Of a stretch of DNA of 64,000 nt, positions 52,096 through 61,839 are shown piece by piece. Every line of letters begins with the position of its first letter. Position 1 is the first letter of the stretch. Made by a program: the position numbers and the translations under genes. The DNA is from an uncultured Candidatus Saccharibacteria bacterium (GTDB taxonomy: Bacteria; Patescibacteriota; Saccharimonadia; CAILAD01; BJGX01), in contig CAZKFZ010000002.1 of the NCBI GenBank assembly GCA_964552475.1, forward strand, positions 5,316 through 69,315, in the 5' to 3' direction. The notes below the pieces were generated by a model that ran no database searches, was not told where the DNA came from, and saw only the letters and a program-made list of their open reading frames with translations.

Positions 52096-53880
52096 CTAAA
52101 CTAGCCCTCCGCTCATTTCTAAGTCTCGGAGTCGCTTGTAAAGACCATTATGTCGTTCTAGTTCGGCATGGGTGCCAATCTCGGCAATCTCGCCATGCTC
52201 TAGTACAACCACGGTGTCGGCCATCTCGATAGTCGAGAAGCGATGTGCAATAATCACAATTGTGCACTCTCGACGCGCAATTAGTAATTCAATACTACGT
52301 TGCACCTCAGCTTGGGAGATGGCATCTAACGCACTAGTAGCTTCGTCGAGCACCAAAAGCTTTGGCCTCTTAATAAGCGCACGGGCAATAGCGAGTCTTT
52401 GTATTTGACCGCCACTTAAACGAATACCGTCTTGGCCAACAATCGTGTCATAACCATCAACGAGTTCGGTGATGATAAACTCATGAATATCAGCGCGCTT
52501 GGCAGCCTCTATTACATCGGCATCGGTAGCGTATGGGCTGCCTAAGCGAATGTTATCGGCAATACTAGCATCAAAAAGTTGTACTTTTTGGCTTACTACC
52601 GAAACAGTTTTTTTGCGATATTGCTCAAAATCTAGTTGTGGTAGAGGGTTTTCGTCGAAGTATATTGACCCTTCTGTTGGGTCAAACTCCCTAAGTAGCA
52701 AGCTAGCTACAGTAGACTTGCCCGACCCAGAAGGGCCAACAAGCGCAATTGCTTGGTGTGGTTTAATAGTCAGATTTATGTTCTTAAGAGCATGCTCTTC
52801 ACTATCATCGTAGGCAAAGCTAACATCACTCAATTGAATTGCGCCAGTCAAACTATCTACCGCAATAGGTTCGTCTGCTTGTTCTACGGCAGGTTTGGTT
52901 TGCAGCATCTCGGCAAGTTCGTGCAGAGCTTCTTCGCCCTCATTTTTGTAACGCTGAAAATGCACGAACTGATACAAGTTGCTATAAATCTTTTCAAGCC
53001 AAGCAATCACCAAGAAAATCTCGCCAAGCGAAATTTGACCTTGCATGAACTGCCAGGCCAAAAAGCCATACAGCGATGCTCTACTAAAAGACACTACAGC
53101 ATCTTGCATACGAACATCGCGAAGCCAGCTATCAAAGCGCAAGCGCTCGGCATCTACATAAGCATCGAGCATAGAAATGTACCCTCGGCTCTGATCTCGC
53201 TCTAGGCCAAATTGCTTAATTGTGCGCCAGTTGGTAATTTGCTCGCTACCACAGCGGTTAAATGCTTTGTCTTCGGCATGAGCTTGTTGCCTACTAGGCT
53301 CGTAACGACGTTCTGTTCTGGTGGCCGCAATCGTATAAACAATTGCCGTACCAGCCGAAAACAGGGTGTATTGCCAGCCAATAAAGAGTAGTCCAAAGCT
53401 TACACACACCACTCGCATAGTTGCTGGTAGAGCCTCAAAGATCAACTCATCGGTTAGTCTATCGATCTTACGAATGTTTTTACTTAAGACCGACTCTTTC
53501 TCGCCAGTTGAATGACGAGAATGCCAATTAACATCTAATAGTAATAGGTGTTGGTGACTATAGCCCAGAATTGTCATGTAGTTAAGCCACATAGCCCAAA
53601 TACGAAAATGATCCATTCGCAAGTAAAGCATCGAGCCTGCCAGATATACTACTAGAATTACCAAAGCAATTTCTAGCATATAGCTAAATGGCTGGCCGGA
53701 TGTGAGGCCATCAATAAACGACTTAGCCGGGTAAATCTGAGCAATCACTACTGCCTCAACAATAGCTAGCCAGATAAAGGCTTTTATTGATAGACTTTTT
53801 AGTTTTAACAGGTTGGCTTTGGCACCGTCTTCTTGCAAAAGTGCCGTATATAACGCCTTGTAGCTTCTAAAGCTTTTCAC
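52096..53880 (-). CDS. ABC transporter, fused permease/ATP-binding (MsbA-like exporter)
   Basis: 6 TM N-half. Walker A GPSGSGKST. ABC signature LSGGQIQRLAIARAL. Walker B LLVLDEATSALD. 594 aa. Confidence 0.9.
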   Translation of the reverse strand: MKSFRSYKALYTALLQEDGAKANLLKLKSLSIKAFIWLAIVEAVVIAQIYPAKSFIDGLTSGQPFSYMLEIALVILVVYLAGSMLYLRMDHFRIWAMWLNYMTILGYSHQHLLLLDVNWHSRHSTGEKESVLSKNIRKIDRLTDELIFEALPATMRVVCVSFGLLFIGWQYTLFSAGTAIVYTIAATRTERRYEPSRQQAHAEDKAFNRCGSEQITNWRTIKQFGLERDQSRGYISMLDAYVDAERLRFDSWLRDVRMQDAVVSFSRASLYGFLAWQFMQGQISLGEIFLVIAWLEKIYSNLYQFVHFQRYKNEGEEALHELAEMLQTKPAVEQADEPIAVDSLTGAIQLSDVSFAYDDSEEHALKNINLTIKPHQAIALVGPSGSGKSTVASLLLREFDPTEGSIYFDENPLPQLDFEQYRKKTVSVVSQKVQLFDASIADNIRLGSPYATDADVIEAAKRADIHEFIITELVDGYDTIVGQDGIRLSGGQIQRLAIARALIKRPKLLVLDEATSALDAISQAEVQRSIELLIARRECTIVIIAHRFSTIEMADTVVVLEHGEIAEIGTHAELERHNGLYKRLRDLEMSGGLV

Positions 53881-54527
53881 AAGCGTCCTTTCTGTTGATA
53901 TTTAAGGTACAGGGATGGTACTTTTTTGGGCGTTTATTCGCCAATCAAAAAAGCTCGAGGTTTTTCGTATTCCCGAGCTCTGTCGATTACAAATAAATGC
54001 TTAAATCATATAACTCGGGAATGGCATGCACTAACCGCACCAGTTTGGACTGGGTTTTGTGCAAAACGTATTAATTTGGTTGCTATGGTGTTCATAGTGT
54101 TAGTTATACTACCGTATAGCTTAAGCACTGTCAAGCCCTTATGCTTACTTTTTAAAAAAATGTTAAGTTATAAGGTGAAACAGAAAGATCCGAGTTGTTT
54201 GAGCGAAAACTTCGCTAAAAGTGTTGGCAATAAGCTATTAATGTCTTATTCGCCAAAGAATGTGTTTCGGACCTTTTTGCATAACCTTATATGGTTAAAA
54301 AGTATTTTAAATCGATATTTACCTGGCCCCTGCAACAGATGAGTTCGTGTGCAAAGAAATATTGATAAAAGTAGTATAGCACAGGCAAGTGTTAATGTCA
54401 ATAGCCATTACGTTTAGTTAGGTTTTCTCGTTTCGTCTTGTAGAGTTTGAGCTCTAAGACTCATCAGACAAAATACTTATTTTGTGACGAGGGCCGGTGG
54501 AGAGGAACTCTCCACCGGCCAAAAAAA

Positions 54528-54833
54528 CTAGACCAAAGGCCTCAAGAAGCCCTTTCGGTCCCGAGTGTTGAAAAATCCTTCTCGGGAAGAGTAGCTTCCA
54601 TCGACTTTCCTGAATCTCGCGGTAAAGATCCAGTTGTTGCCAGAGCCGTCTTCGGCGGCCAGCGACATGATCTGAGCTTCACACTTGATTTCAGGTACCT
54701 TACGGGTACCGGAGACACGAACACTGCTCTCGAGTGTGAACTCGACCTTGCGAAACTCATCGAAGAGTCGCAGAGCATCGAAGAGCTCTTCACGCGACGG
54801 GCCATGGGTGATCTGGACAGTGCTAGTAGTCAT
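54528..54833 (-). CDS. small hypothetical protein (102 aa) in a GC-rich islet
   Basis: Good RBS (aaagaaagg) 7 nt before the ATG of MTTSTVQITHGPSREELFDAL.... Local GC is clearly higher than the flanks (by eye). The competing plus-strand ORF 54447..54896 is Arg/Ser-rich and looks spurious. Confidence 0.5.
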   Translation of the reverse strand: MTTSTVQITHGPSREELFDALRLFDEFRKVEFTLESSVRVSGTRKVPEIKCEAQIMSLAAEDGSGNNWIFTARFRKVDGSYSSREGFFNTRDRKGFLRPLV

Positions 54834-54989
54834 ACGACTACCTTTCTTTTTCAATATCTCCCGATGGCGGAGAGACGACGCCGTTACCTGGTTTAGACCC
54901 AAGCCACTCCTTCATACGAAGAAGAATTACAGCTATTCTATCATGCATTTTGCTATTTGTCAATACTTTTTAACAATTTATTTGTATAT

Positions 54990-55028
54990 ATAAAAAACCC
55001 GTATCTTATTACAGATACGGGTTGGTTT
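54990..55028 (-). terminator. rho-independent terminator of the 55029..56360 gene (bidirectional-looking)
   Basis: Hairpin aacccgtatct-tattaca-agatacgggtt directly after the stop. T-run on the minus strand and also T-run on the plus strand. Confidence 0.7.
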
Positions 55029-56360
55029 TTAACCGCGAGCGTACGGCTTACACACTCTTGCTTTGAGATTTCGCCACCGCAAGTGGATAGTGCGATGCTG
55101 CTTGGGCAAAGCATCTAGCCGAGCCGGCAACGCCTTGTTGGTTTCGCAGCTAAGCAACTCTAGCTCTTTGAACAGAGCTTCTTTATCAATAGTCTTGAAG
55201 TTGGGATCTCTCTCGCGACGAGATTTACCAACCCAACTAAAGAAGTCACCAGTAGAGTCTTTTAGGAACCCAAATGCTGTAGCGATACCAAACATGATTA
55301 GTGCCAACCCAAGTAGTGCCAACATAAAAGCTGGTACCACTAGCGGAGCAAGCAAATAGAACTCAAGTGGTAGGTTCCAAGTATTACCATGGTCTAGAAC
55401 AGCTAGAGCAACTACACCAACAAGAACGAATGGTGGGAAGATTGTGGCTGTAGCAAATAACCTAACAGCATCGCTAGGCTTGTCTAGGTCGTCAATGTCG
55501 TACTTGCTCCTACCTCGCTTATTGGTCCAGAAAATACTGCCGCCACCTGGCGAACAAGTCTTACTAACAGGACGAATATCTACGTCTCGCCAAAACTGCG
55601 CGGAGGTAGCTAGGGGGTTAAATAGCTTGCGCCACTTAACAGAGCGAATGCCAAACATGGCAAAGCCAAAGCCCGCCACAGACTTCACAAGGGTGTGAAA
55701 CAATATAGCTAGGGGTGACAAAAGCCACAAACCCCAACGCTTACGTCGGCCGCAGTCGTTAGGGCCTTTGCTACCCACCCCAAACAGCCTAAGCATGTTC
55801 ACAAGAGCTTTGGAGGGCTCTTTGGCAAACATCTCGTCTGGTACTACTACATCTAGTCTGGTTTCTACGCCAACACTACTAATTTGATAGGTTTCGTACA
55901 GATCACGAAACTTTAGTGGTGAGTCGTAATCAAATACGCTATTCTCGTAACTACCATTACGACGAGGCTTATCTAGCAAGTCACGATGCAGACGAGCAAT
56001 TTGCTCTGGCGTATCGCCATGCACAATTGTGGCCATTACCGTATTGGTGTCACGGCACACAAATTCAACAAACTCGGCTTCTTGCTGTAGCGGCACTAGC
56101 AAACGCTGCTCGTAAGCCATTTCTGCGCCATATCCATAGTCCCGAATCCTACCAATTACAATCAAAACGTACGGGTTGGTGACGTTTTGGTTCTTTAGTA
56201 GTTCAATTAGCTCTGGCGTAACACACCAGCGCAACATTGTAGCAGAATCTGCTCTGCCTTCAGGATCAACATCTACCTTAAGGCCCAAGTCAATGTCGAC
56301 TGGACTTTCAATAGTACTCATATTTAACTCCTTAGGTGCTCTTGTCTCTACCTGAGACAA
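55029..56360 (-). CDS. hypothetical membrane protein (443 aa) with moderately elevated GC
   Basis: N-terminal soluble domain then about 5 TM helices. No motif recognised. Confidence 0.6.
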   Translation of the reverse strand: MSQVETRAPKELNMSTIESPVDIDLGLKVDVDPEGRADSATMLRWCVTPELIELLKNQNVTNPYVLIVIGRIRDYGYGAEMAYEQRLLVPLQQEAEFVEFVCRDTNTVMATIVHGDTPEQIARLHRDLLDKPRRNGSYENSVFDYDSPLKFRDLYETYQISSVGVETRLDVVVPDEMFAKEPSKALVNMLRLFGVGSKGPNDCGRRKRWGLWLLSPLAILFHTLVKSVAGFGFAMFGIRSVKWRKLFNPLATSAQFWRDVDIRPVSKTCSPGGGSIFWTNKRGRSKYDIDDLDKPSDAVRLFATATIFPPFVLVGVVALAVLDHGNTWNLPLEFYLLAPLVVPAFMLALLGLALIMFGIATAFGFLKDSTGDFFSWVGKSRRERDPNFKTIDKEALFKELELLSCETNKALPARLDALPKQHRTIHLRWRNLKARVCKPYARG

Positions 56361-56461
56361 AACTTATACGATTATACATTTTTAGGGCTATTTTGCAAGC
56401 ATAAGAAATACAAAAAACCACCTTACTGGTGGCCTCTATGATTCTACTAATCTTTCAATCT

Positions 56462-57085
56462 TTAATAGGTCTTGGCCTGCAACTCATCTACCCTTTCCAC
56501 TATCATGCCACAAATATCTTTTACCGACTCTTTGTAGCGCTTGGGAGTGACTTTGATTGTAGGTTCAAAAAGTGGATATACTTTGTCTTGGGTTTCTATA
56601 AGTTTGCGTTTTTGCTTGCCAAGATCTACATCGCCAAGAGTACGAAGGTTGTGCATTCTATCAGCCAATTTACAAACCGCGGCCCGCCAATCTCCAGTTC
56701 GCAGTAGTCTATTCCAATAGTCGTCACCTACTAGACCATCTTCTTTGGTCATATACTTTACCCCCATGGCTACCTCGTGCCCAAAATTTATCTCTAGTCG
56801 TTTGGGGCGCATAATAAACGAGTCTTCAATCATGTCGTGTAAGAGTGCAATGCAAATAAGCTGCCAATCGTATATGTGCAGTTCATCAAATATCATCCAG
56901 GCGACTGCCCTAGGGTGTTCAAAATACCTTAGGCCGTTGGCACGCTTTTGCCCTCTATGAGCATATTTACTAAAAAAATATGCGGCCTCTATGTCTTCCA
57001 TCTCGGTCTCAGAAAAATAGGGTCGCAATGCATTCATAAACTCCATGCGGTTAATTTTGGGGTATGAATCTACTTTTTTGGTCAT
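56462..57085 (-). CDS. HD-domain (p)ppGpp hydrolase (RelA/SpoT-type HD, small alarmone hydrolase-like)
   Basis: HD motif HRGQKRANGLRYFEHPRAVA ... LLHDMIED. Start set at MTKKVD, which has an RBS (aagaaaagaaggg). The track ORF extends 26 codons further. Confidence 0.8.
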   Translation of the reverse strand: MTKKVDSYPKINRMEFMNALRPYFSETEMEDIEAAYFFSKYAHRGQKRANGLRYFEHPRAVAWMIFDELHIYDWQLICIALLHDMIEDSFIMRPKRLEINFGHEVAMGVKYMTKEDGLVGDDYWNRLLRTGDWRAAVCKLADRMHNLRTLGDVDLGKQKRKLIETQDKVYPLFEPTIKVTPKRYKESVKDICGMIVERVDELQAKTY

Positions 57086-57215
57086 AATTTTGGCCCTTCT
57101 TTTCTTATAGTATAACTCCTTTATGTGGTATTTGCTATCTGTAAAACATTTTAGTTGCAGCATAAGCGTTGTTGTGTAATAATAAGAACAAATTAAGATT
57201 AATTAAGGAGTAGCA

Positions 57216-57770
57216 ATGGACAATTCAGTGGCGATGCCAAGTCAAAATTCATTAATATTAAGAGGTATAGCAAATCTAATGTTGGGACTAGTGGCACTTA
57301 TGTGGCCTGGTCTTACACTATACATCTTGGTTATATTCTTTGCTGTAAATATTATGTTTGTAGGTATAGTAGAGTTATTTAGACCAGTAGTAGAAAAAGA
57401 TACCAAGCACGGCGTGCTTTCGGTAATACTAGGTATTCTAGGTATAGTAGCTGGCTTGTACTTACTAAGTAACCCAATGGTCTCGGTAAGTATCGTAGCT
57501 CTACTAGTAGCTTTCTGGGCTATACTATTTGGTATAGGTGATTTAATGCTAGGTTTTGTAGACTCTAGCTCAAACGCCGGATACAGAGTATTGTTTGTGC
57601 TTATTGGAGTGCTTTCGGTACTATTTGGTTTTTACCTAATATTTTACCCAGCCACTTCACTTCTGGCCTTCATATGGATACTTGGTCTATACGCCGCCAT
57701 TACTGGTGTGCTATACATTATTGGTAGTTTCTTTTTACCAAAAGCAAAAGCCAAAAAAAGTAAAAAATAG
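57216..57770 (+). CDS. HdeD/DUF308 family membrane protein
   Basis: Repeated GxxxLxxGxxxLxxP TM units typical of DUF308. 184 aa. Confidence 0.75.
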   Translation: MDNSVAMPSQNSLILRGIANLMLGLVALMWPGLTLYILVIFFAVNIMFVGIVELFRPVVEKDTKHGVLSVILGILGIVAGLYLLSNPMVSVSIVALLVAFWAILFGIGDLMLGFVDSSSNAGYRVLFVLIGVLSVLFGFYLIFYPATSLLAFIWILGLYAAITGVLYIIGSFFLPKAKAKKSKK

Positions 57771-57792
57771 TCTCGTAGACAACCTAACGAAA

Positions 57793-57821
57793 AACACTCG
57801 CAACCCAGCGAGTGTTTTTTC
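57793..57821 (+). terminator. rho-independent terminator
   Basis: Hairpin aacactcgc-aaccca-gcgagtgtt followed by tttttt. Confidence 0.75.
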
Positions 57822-57885
57822 AATTTGCATATGCTTAAAAAGGCGTACTATAATAATAGATAAATGAAGGTATTGTTATAATAAT

Positions 57886-58467
57886 ATGGAATTTCTAAAC
57901 GCTCCATCACGCGCCGCTCTTGCCTGGCGAGGTCTAGCAAATGTTTTAATGGGTGCAGTTTTGTTAGTTTGGCCTCAAGCTACTGCCTACGTAGTAATAG
58001 CTTTGTTTGCGCTAAATCTTATATTAGTAGGTTTGTTTTGTATATTAGAACCATTATTCAGAAAAGATAACCCCCACGTTTGGGCCACCATATCTCTCGG
58101 TGTGCTTGGAGTAACTTTTGGTGTTTACTTAATAATAAAGCCCGAGTTTGCGGCCGGTCTGGTAGGTTTAATGATTGCTCTGTGGGCCATATTATATGGC
58201 GCATTTGATATTGCTGTAAGTACCAAGCTATTTAAAGATAAGTTACATTTTGGTTGGTCGTATTTGTTAGTTGGTATTGTTTCTCTATTATTTGGCGTAT
58301 ATATGCTACTCTCACCTGTCGAAGGGGTGCTTACTATAGTTTGGCTGTTTGGACTATATTCTGTTACAGTTGGAGCAATACTACTAATGGCAAGTATATT
58401 AATGAATATAAAGGTAACTGCCCCTAAAAATATAAGGAGAAAAAGCAATGCCCGAAGCAAAAAATAA
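57886..58467 (+). CDS. HdeD/DUF308 family membrane protein (paralogue)
   Basis: Same architecture as the upstream gene and recognisably similar (RGLANVLMGAVLLVWP vs RGIANLMLGLVALMWP). Confidence 0.75.
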   Translation: MEFLNAPSRAALAWRGLANVLMGAVLLVWPQATAYVVIALFALNLILVGLFCILEPLFRKDNPHVWATISLGVLGVTFGVYLIIKPEFAAGLVGLMIALWAILYGAFDIAVSTKLFKDKLHFGWSYLLVGIVSLLFGVYMLLSPVEGVLTIVWLFGLYSVTVGAILLMASILMNIKVTAPKNIRRKSNARSKK

Positions 58468-59416
58468 TAAAAAAAGACAATGGCCAGTGCGACTAGCTGT
58501 GGTAATAATGGCTATTTGCTTGTTTATGGTGCCATACCTCACAGTTACAAAGACAACACTTTCAAGCCCAGAAAACACCATTACTTTCTTAGAGAAATCA
58601 AACACTTTTACCTATACAAGTCAGATAGTAAAAAATGAAATTGAGACTCGCCTACCAGAGAGTGTACAACAAAACCTCATTAAGCGATCGTTAGTAGATA
58701 AACTTATGGATCTAGTTATTACTCCCCAGCTTTTGCAGTCTATATCTGAACCGATAATAAAACTACAAATAACTTTACTCAATCGTGACACCAAAAACAT
58801 TCAGTTAGTAAACAACAAAGTCGAGCTAAATATTGAGCCTTACAAACAAAATCTCAGTCGCTACATTGCATCGTTTGGTTTACCAAGTGGTATACAAGAA
58901 ACTGTTAATGATTTTTCTGGAGCGTTGCCCAATACCATCACAATTGTAGATGGCAACAAAAACCCAAATAGCCCAATTATTACTGCTATAAAAATAAAGA
59001 ATTGGTATAACACCTTGGTGCAAGTAACAGCAGTGGTGTGGGTAGTGCTAATAATAAGCGTACTAACACTCGTTGCACTACTGTTTAGAGACGCACATAA
59101 GTTGTTTAGGGCCAACGCCAAAACCTTTGGTGTGTTGGGTGCGATAGTATTGGTATTGAGTTATGTTGCACCTCCTAGCCTCAATTTGCTTATCCCTAAC
59201 AACCTTACCGAAGCCAGTGGTACAGAAATAAGCCAACTCATTAGCTCTCTCAATGCTCATTTCTTTGTTCTTACCAGAACCTATGCTTGGTGGTATATTG
59301 GCATTGCTCTGTCTTGCGCGCTAATAGCTTGGTACCTAGGAGCTTTTGGCTTTAGCTTCTCTACTGAAGAAATAAAAAAATACTTCAAAACAAAGTTTAA
59401 AAGAAAACACAATTAG
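58448..59416 (+). CDS. hypothetical membrane protein (322 aa)
   Basis: N-terminal TM, periplasmic-type middle region, 3 C-terminal TM. Overlaps the previous gene by 20 nt. Confidence 0.55.
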   Translation: MPEAKNNKKRQWPVRLAVVIMAICLFMVPYLTVTKTTLSSPENTITFLEKSNTFTYTSQIVKNEIETRLPESVQQNLIKRSLVDKLMDLVITPQLLQSISEPIIKLQITLLNRDTKNIQLVNNKVELNIEPYKQNLSRYIASFGLPSGIQETVNDFSGALPNTITIVDGNKNPNSPIITAIKIKNWYNTLVQVTAVVWVVLIISVLTLVALLFRDAHKLFRANAKTFGVLGAIVLVLSYVAPPSLNLLIPNNLTEASGTEISQLISSLNAHFFVLTRTYAWWYIGIALSCALIAWYLGAFGFSFSTEEIKKYFKTKFKRKHN

Positions 59417-59488
59417 TTGACTGGCAAATGTAGCTTGACGTACCAGATTTGTCGTATATTATAGAAGCATGAAACAAGGTAACAATAA

Positions 59489-60631
59489 ATGAGCTTTACA
59501 TCTAAAACTAGTGCTTTTGTAAAAAAGGCCTACTATGGAATTGTGGGCACCAAAGCAAACCCCAAAGACGAAAAGCAAGTAGAGTATATTTTGCAGGACG
59601 TGGGCGCAAAGGTGTTTTTTGGTATGGTTTTTGTGTTGCTAGGCGCACTTCTTTACTACACCCTAAGACCATATATGAGCGCTCTAATACTAGCTATGTT
59701 GGTAGCGGCACTTTTACACCCTGTTTATAGGAAGTTACATCGCAAACTTGGTTGGTCACCTAGAGTTATTACTGGGTTAATTATTACCGCTCTGGCCGCT
59801 ATCTTGTTATTGCTTGCCTTTTTTATCATCCGTAGTCTTGCAGTTGAGGCTATCAGCTTAAGTAGCTCTATAAACAACTACATTAGTAGTGGTCAAACTG
59901 GTGAGCTACAAGAAAAAATCCAGAACCTAATAAATACTAGTGGGATACAAAATCAAAATACTTCTGGGATGGTCACCAGTGCATTACAGCAAATCAGTGG
60001 CAGGTTAGCAGGTTTTGCTTCTAGCTTAATAAAGAATAGCTTTGCGTTCTTTGTGAGCGTAACGATATTTCTGTCTAGTCTAGTTCTGCTTATTCCAAGA
60101 ATGAGCCAAATAAAAAAAATGGCTATAGATATATCTCCGTTAGGCAAAGAGATTACCACCGACTATATAGAAAAAACACGCCTACTTCTTAGAGGCGCAG
60201 TGGTAGGATCTTTTTTTATAAGTTTGACTGCCTCTAGTATTATGGGGATTACTTTTTGGCTACTGGGAATACCCAATGCGGTTTTGTTTGCTACAATTGC
60301 GTTTATACTCGGTTTTATACCCTATCTAGGTACTACTATATTCACTTTTGGTGCTGCCATTATTTTTGTTCTGCTAGGTGTGTACGACAAAGCTATTATT
60401 CTTGTACTAGTACAGCTGGTAGTACTCAACCAATTAGATTTGGTATTTAGACCCATATCTATGCCCAAAAAAGTGCGCATACACCCATCTCTTATGATAA
60501 TTGCAGTACTTACAGGGCTAGCAACATTCGGAATGATAGGTATTATTTTTGGGCCAGTAATACTAGTACTTTTTATGAGCTCGGTACAGATATACCGCCA
60601 AAACTATGGCGCTCATGTTTTACATAAATAA
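59489..60631 (+). CDS. AI-2E family transporter (UPF0118 / PerM-like)
   Basis: 380 aa, about 8 TM, with the organisation and length of the AI-2E family. Confidence 0.6.
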   Translation: MSFTSKTSAFVKKAYYGIVGTKANPKDEKQVEYILQDVGAKVFFGMVFVLLGALLYYTLRPYMSALILAMLVAALLHPVYRKLHRKLGWSPRVITGLIITALAAILLLLAFFIIRSLAVEAISLSSSINNYISSGQTGELQEKIQNLINTSGIQNQNTSGMVTSALQQISGRLAGFASSLIKNSFAFFVSVTIFLSSLVLLIPRMSQIKKMAIDISPLGKEITTDYIEKTRLLLRGAVVGSFFISLTASSIMGITFWLLGIPNAVLFATIAFILGFIPYLGTTIFTFGAAIIFVLLGVYDKAIILVLVQLVVLNQLDLVFRPISMPKKVRIHPSLMIIAVLTGLATFGMIGIIFGPVILVLFMSSVQIYRQNYGAHVLHK

Positions 60632-60697
60632 AATTGGTTTTTTATTTTATCATTATGCTATAATGTGGTTAGAATAAATTAATAAGGAGTCTATATT

Positions 60698-61099
60698 ATG
60701 GCAAGTAAAAATAATGAAGTAACAGGTTGGGCTGGCTGGGCAGCTTTTGCCGGTCTACTAATGGTTTTAGCAGGCTTTTTCCAGGTACTAGTTGGAATAA
60801 GTGCAATTGTTAGAAATACTGTATATTTTGTTGGTCCGTACAACATTCTATCGGTAGATATTGCAAATTGGGGATGGCTACACCTTCTATTGGCAATACT
60901 TTTACTAGGTGCTGGTCTTTCAGTACTAAAAGGTAATGCTTATGGTAGAGTTGTGGGTGTAATCTTGGCTGCAATAAGTGCAGTTGTAAACATGGCCTTT
61001 ATCCCTGCTTACCCCGTATGGTCTATACTAGTAATGGTAGTAGATATTGTAATTATCTACGCTCTAGTAGTACATGGTGGCGAACTAGGCGAAGCCTAA
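60698..61099 (+). CDS. small four-TM membrane protein (133 aa)
   Basis: Good RBS (aaggag) upstream. Followed by a terminator. Confidence 0.6.
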   Translation: MASKNNEVTGWAGWAAFAGLLMVLAGFFQVLVGISAIVRNTVYFVGPYNILSVDIANWGWLHLLLAILLLGAGLSVLKGNAYGRVVGVILAAISAVVNMAFIPAYPVWSILVMVVDIVIIYALVVHGGELGEA

Positions 61100-61123
61100 T
61101 AGCTTACTATATAGAAACTTTAA

Positions 61124-61157
61124 AAATACTCCTTTTTAAGTAAAGGAGTATTTTTTG
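61124..61157 (+). terminator. rho-independent terminator
   Basis: Hairpin aatactccttt-ttaag-taaaggagtatt followed by ttttt. Confidence 0.75.
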
Positions 61158-61160
61158 TAT

Positions 61161-61199
61161 AAAAAAAAGGGGGGTGATAGTCTTTCGACTATCACCCCC
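61161..61199 (-). terminator. perfect 13-bp GC hairpin with minus-strand T-run (terminator-like), left boundary of the GC-rich end segment
   Basis: gggggtgatagtc-tttc-gactatcaccccc preceded on the plus strand by aaaaaaaa. Confidence 0.6.
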
Positions 61200-61839
61200 A
61201 TGTTCTGGGGCGTAGGCCGTTGGGCAACCCTAGAACGGGGTACTACTGAATTGCAAAAATTAGCATAATTTAAGGTGGACCAAACATGTGCTCTACATTC
61301 AGCTAGGCTGAAACTACTAGTAGACCACTACATTGGCTTTGTCGCGGCAGCCACTGGCCACCACCTAGGATTTCTCCACCAAACGAGCTTTGCTTTCTTA
61401 CTGTCCAGGTAAGAAAACTTATGCGTTGCTTGCAGCCGCGCCGCAGGTCGCTAACCTGCATTTATTTACTCACCACTCGGTGGCGAGCTCTTTACACCGT
61501 CCAGCCTGCAATACTGGAGTCAAAACCCTCAAATCAACACGATATTCGATCGGGTTAAATTGAGTATGGTCTTTGCGGCGCCCCATCTTGTCTCTCAGGG
61601 GTGAGAGCTCTCTTAAAAGTATTTTTTCACTTTTTAAGAGAGTCCACTTTGTCAGCTAAATTTTAAAATGTGCCGACTTGGTGGTTATTACTGATATCTT
61701 TTCTAAGGTACAATCCGAGCTCAGTCTTCCCTGGTCCTCTCGGTCGAACCAGCATAGTAGAAGTATTATAGCATAGTAGTACAAGAATTGCAAGGGTTTT
61801 TTATTACTTTTTTTAAGTATTTAGTTTGTAATAAAAATA

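Noticed and set aside
53926-54342. 138-aa plus-strand ORF in the AT-rich gap upstream of the ABC exporter
   Set aside because: Low-complexity, Leu/Lys/Ser-rich translation of AT-rich DNA with no RBS. More likely a promoter/leader region for the divergent exporter gene.
54447-54896. 149-aa plus-strand ORF overlapping the GC-rich islet
   Set aside because: Arg/Ser-rich composition and no RBS. The antisense 102-aa ORF has a proper SD, an amphipathic protein-like sequence and a hairpin right after its stop.
56360-57300. Strand switch (minus-strand genes to the left, plus-strand to the right) as a possible replication origin
   Set aside because: The divergent intergenic region is only about 130 nt, with no DnaA-box cluster, no AT-rich unwinding element and no dnaA or dnaN nearby. 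It is more likely an ordinary divergent promoter region.
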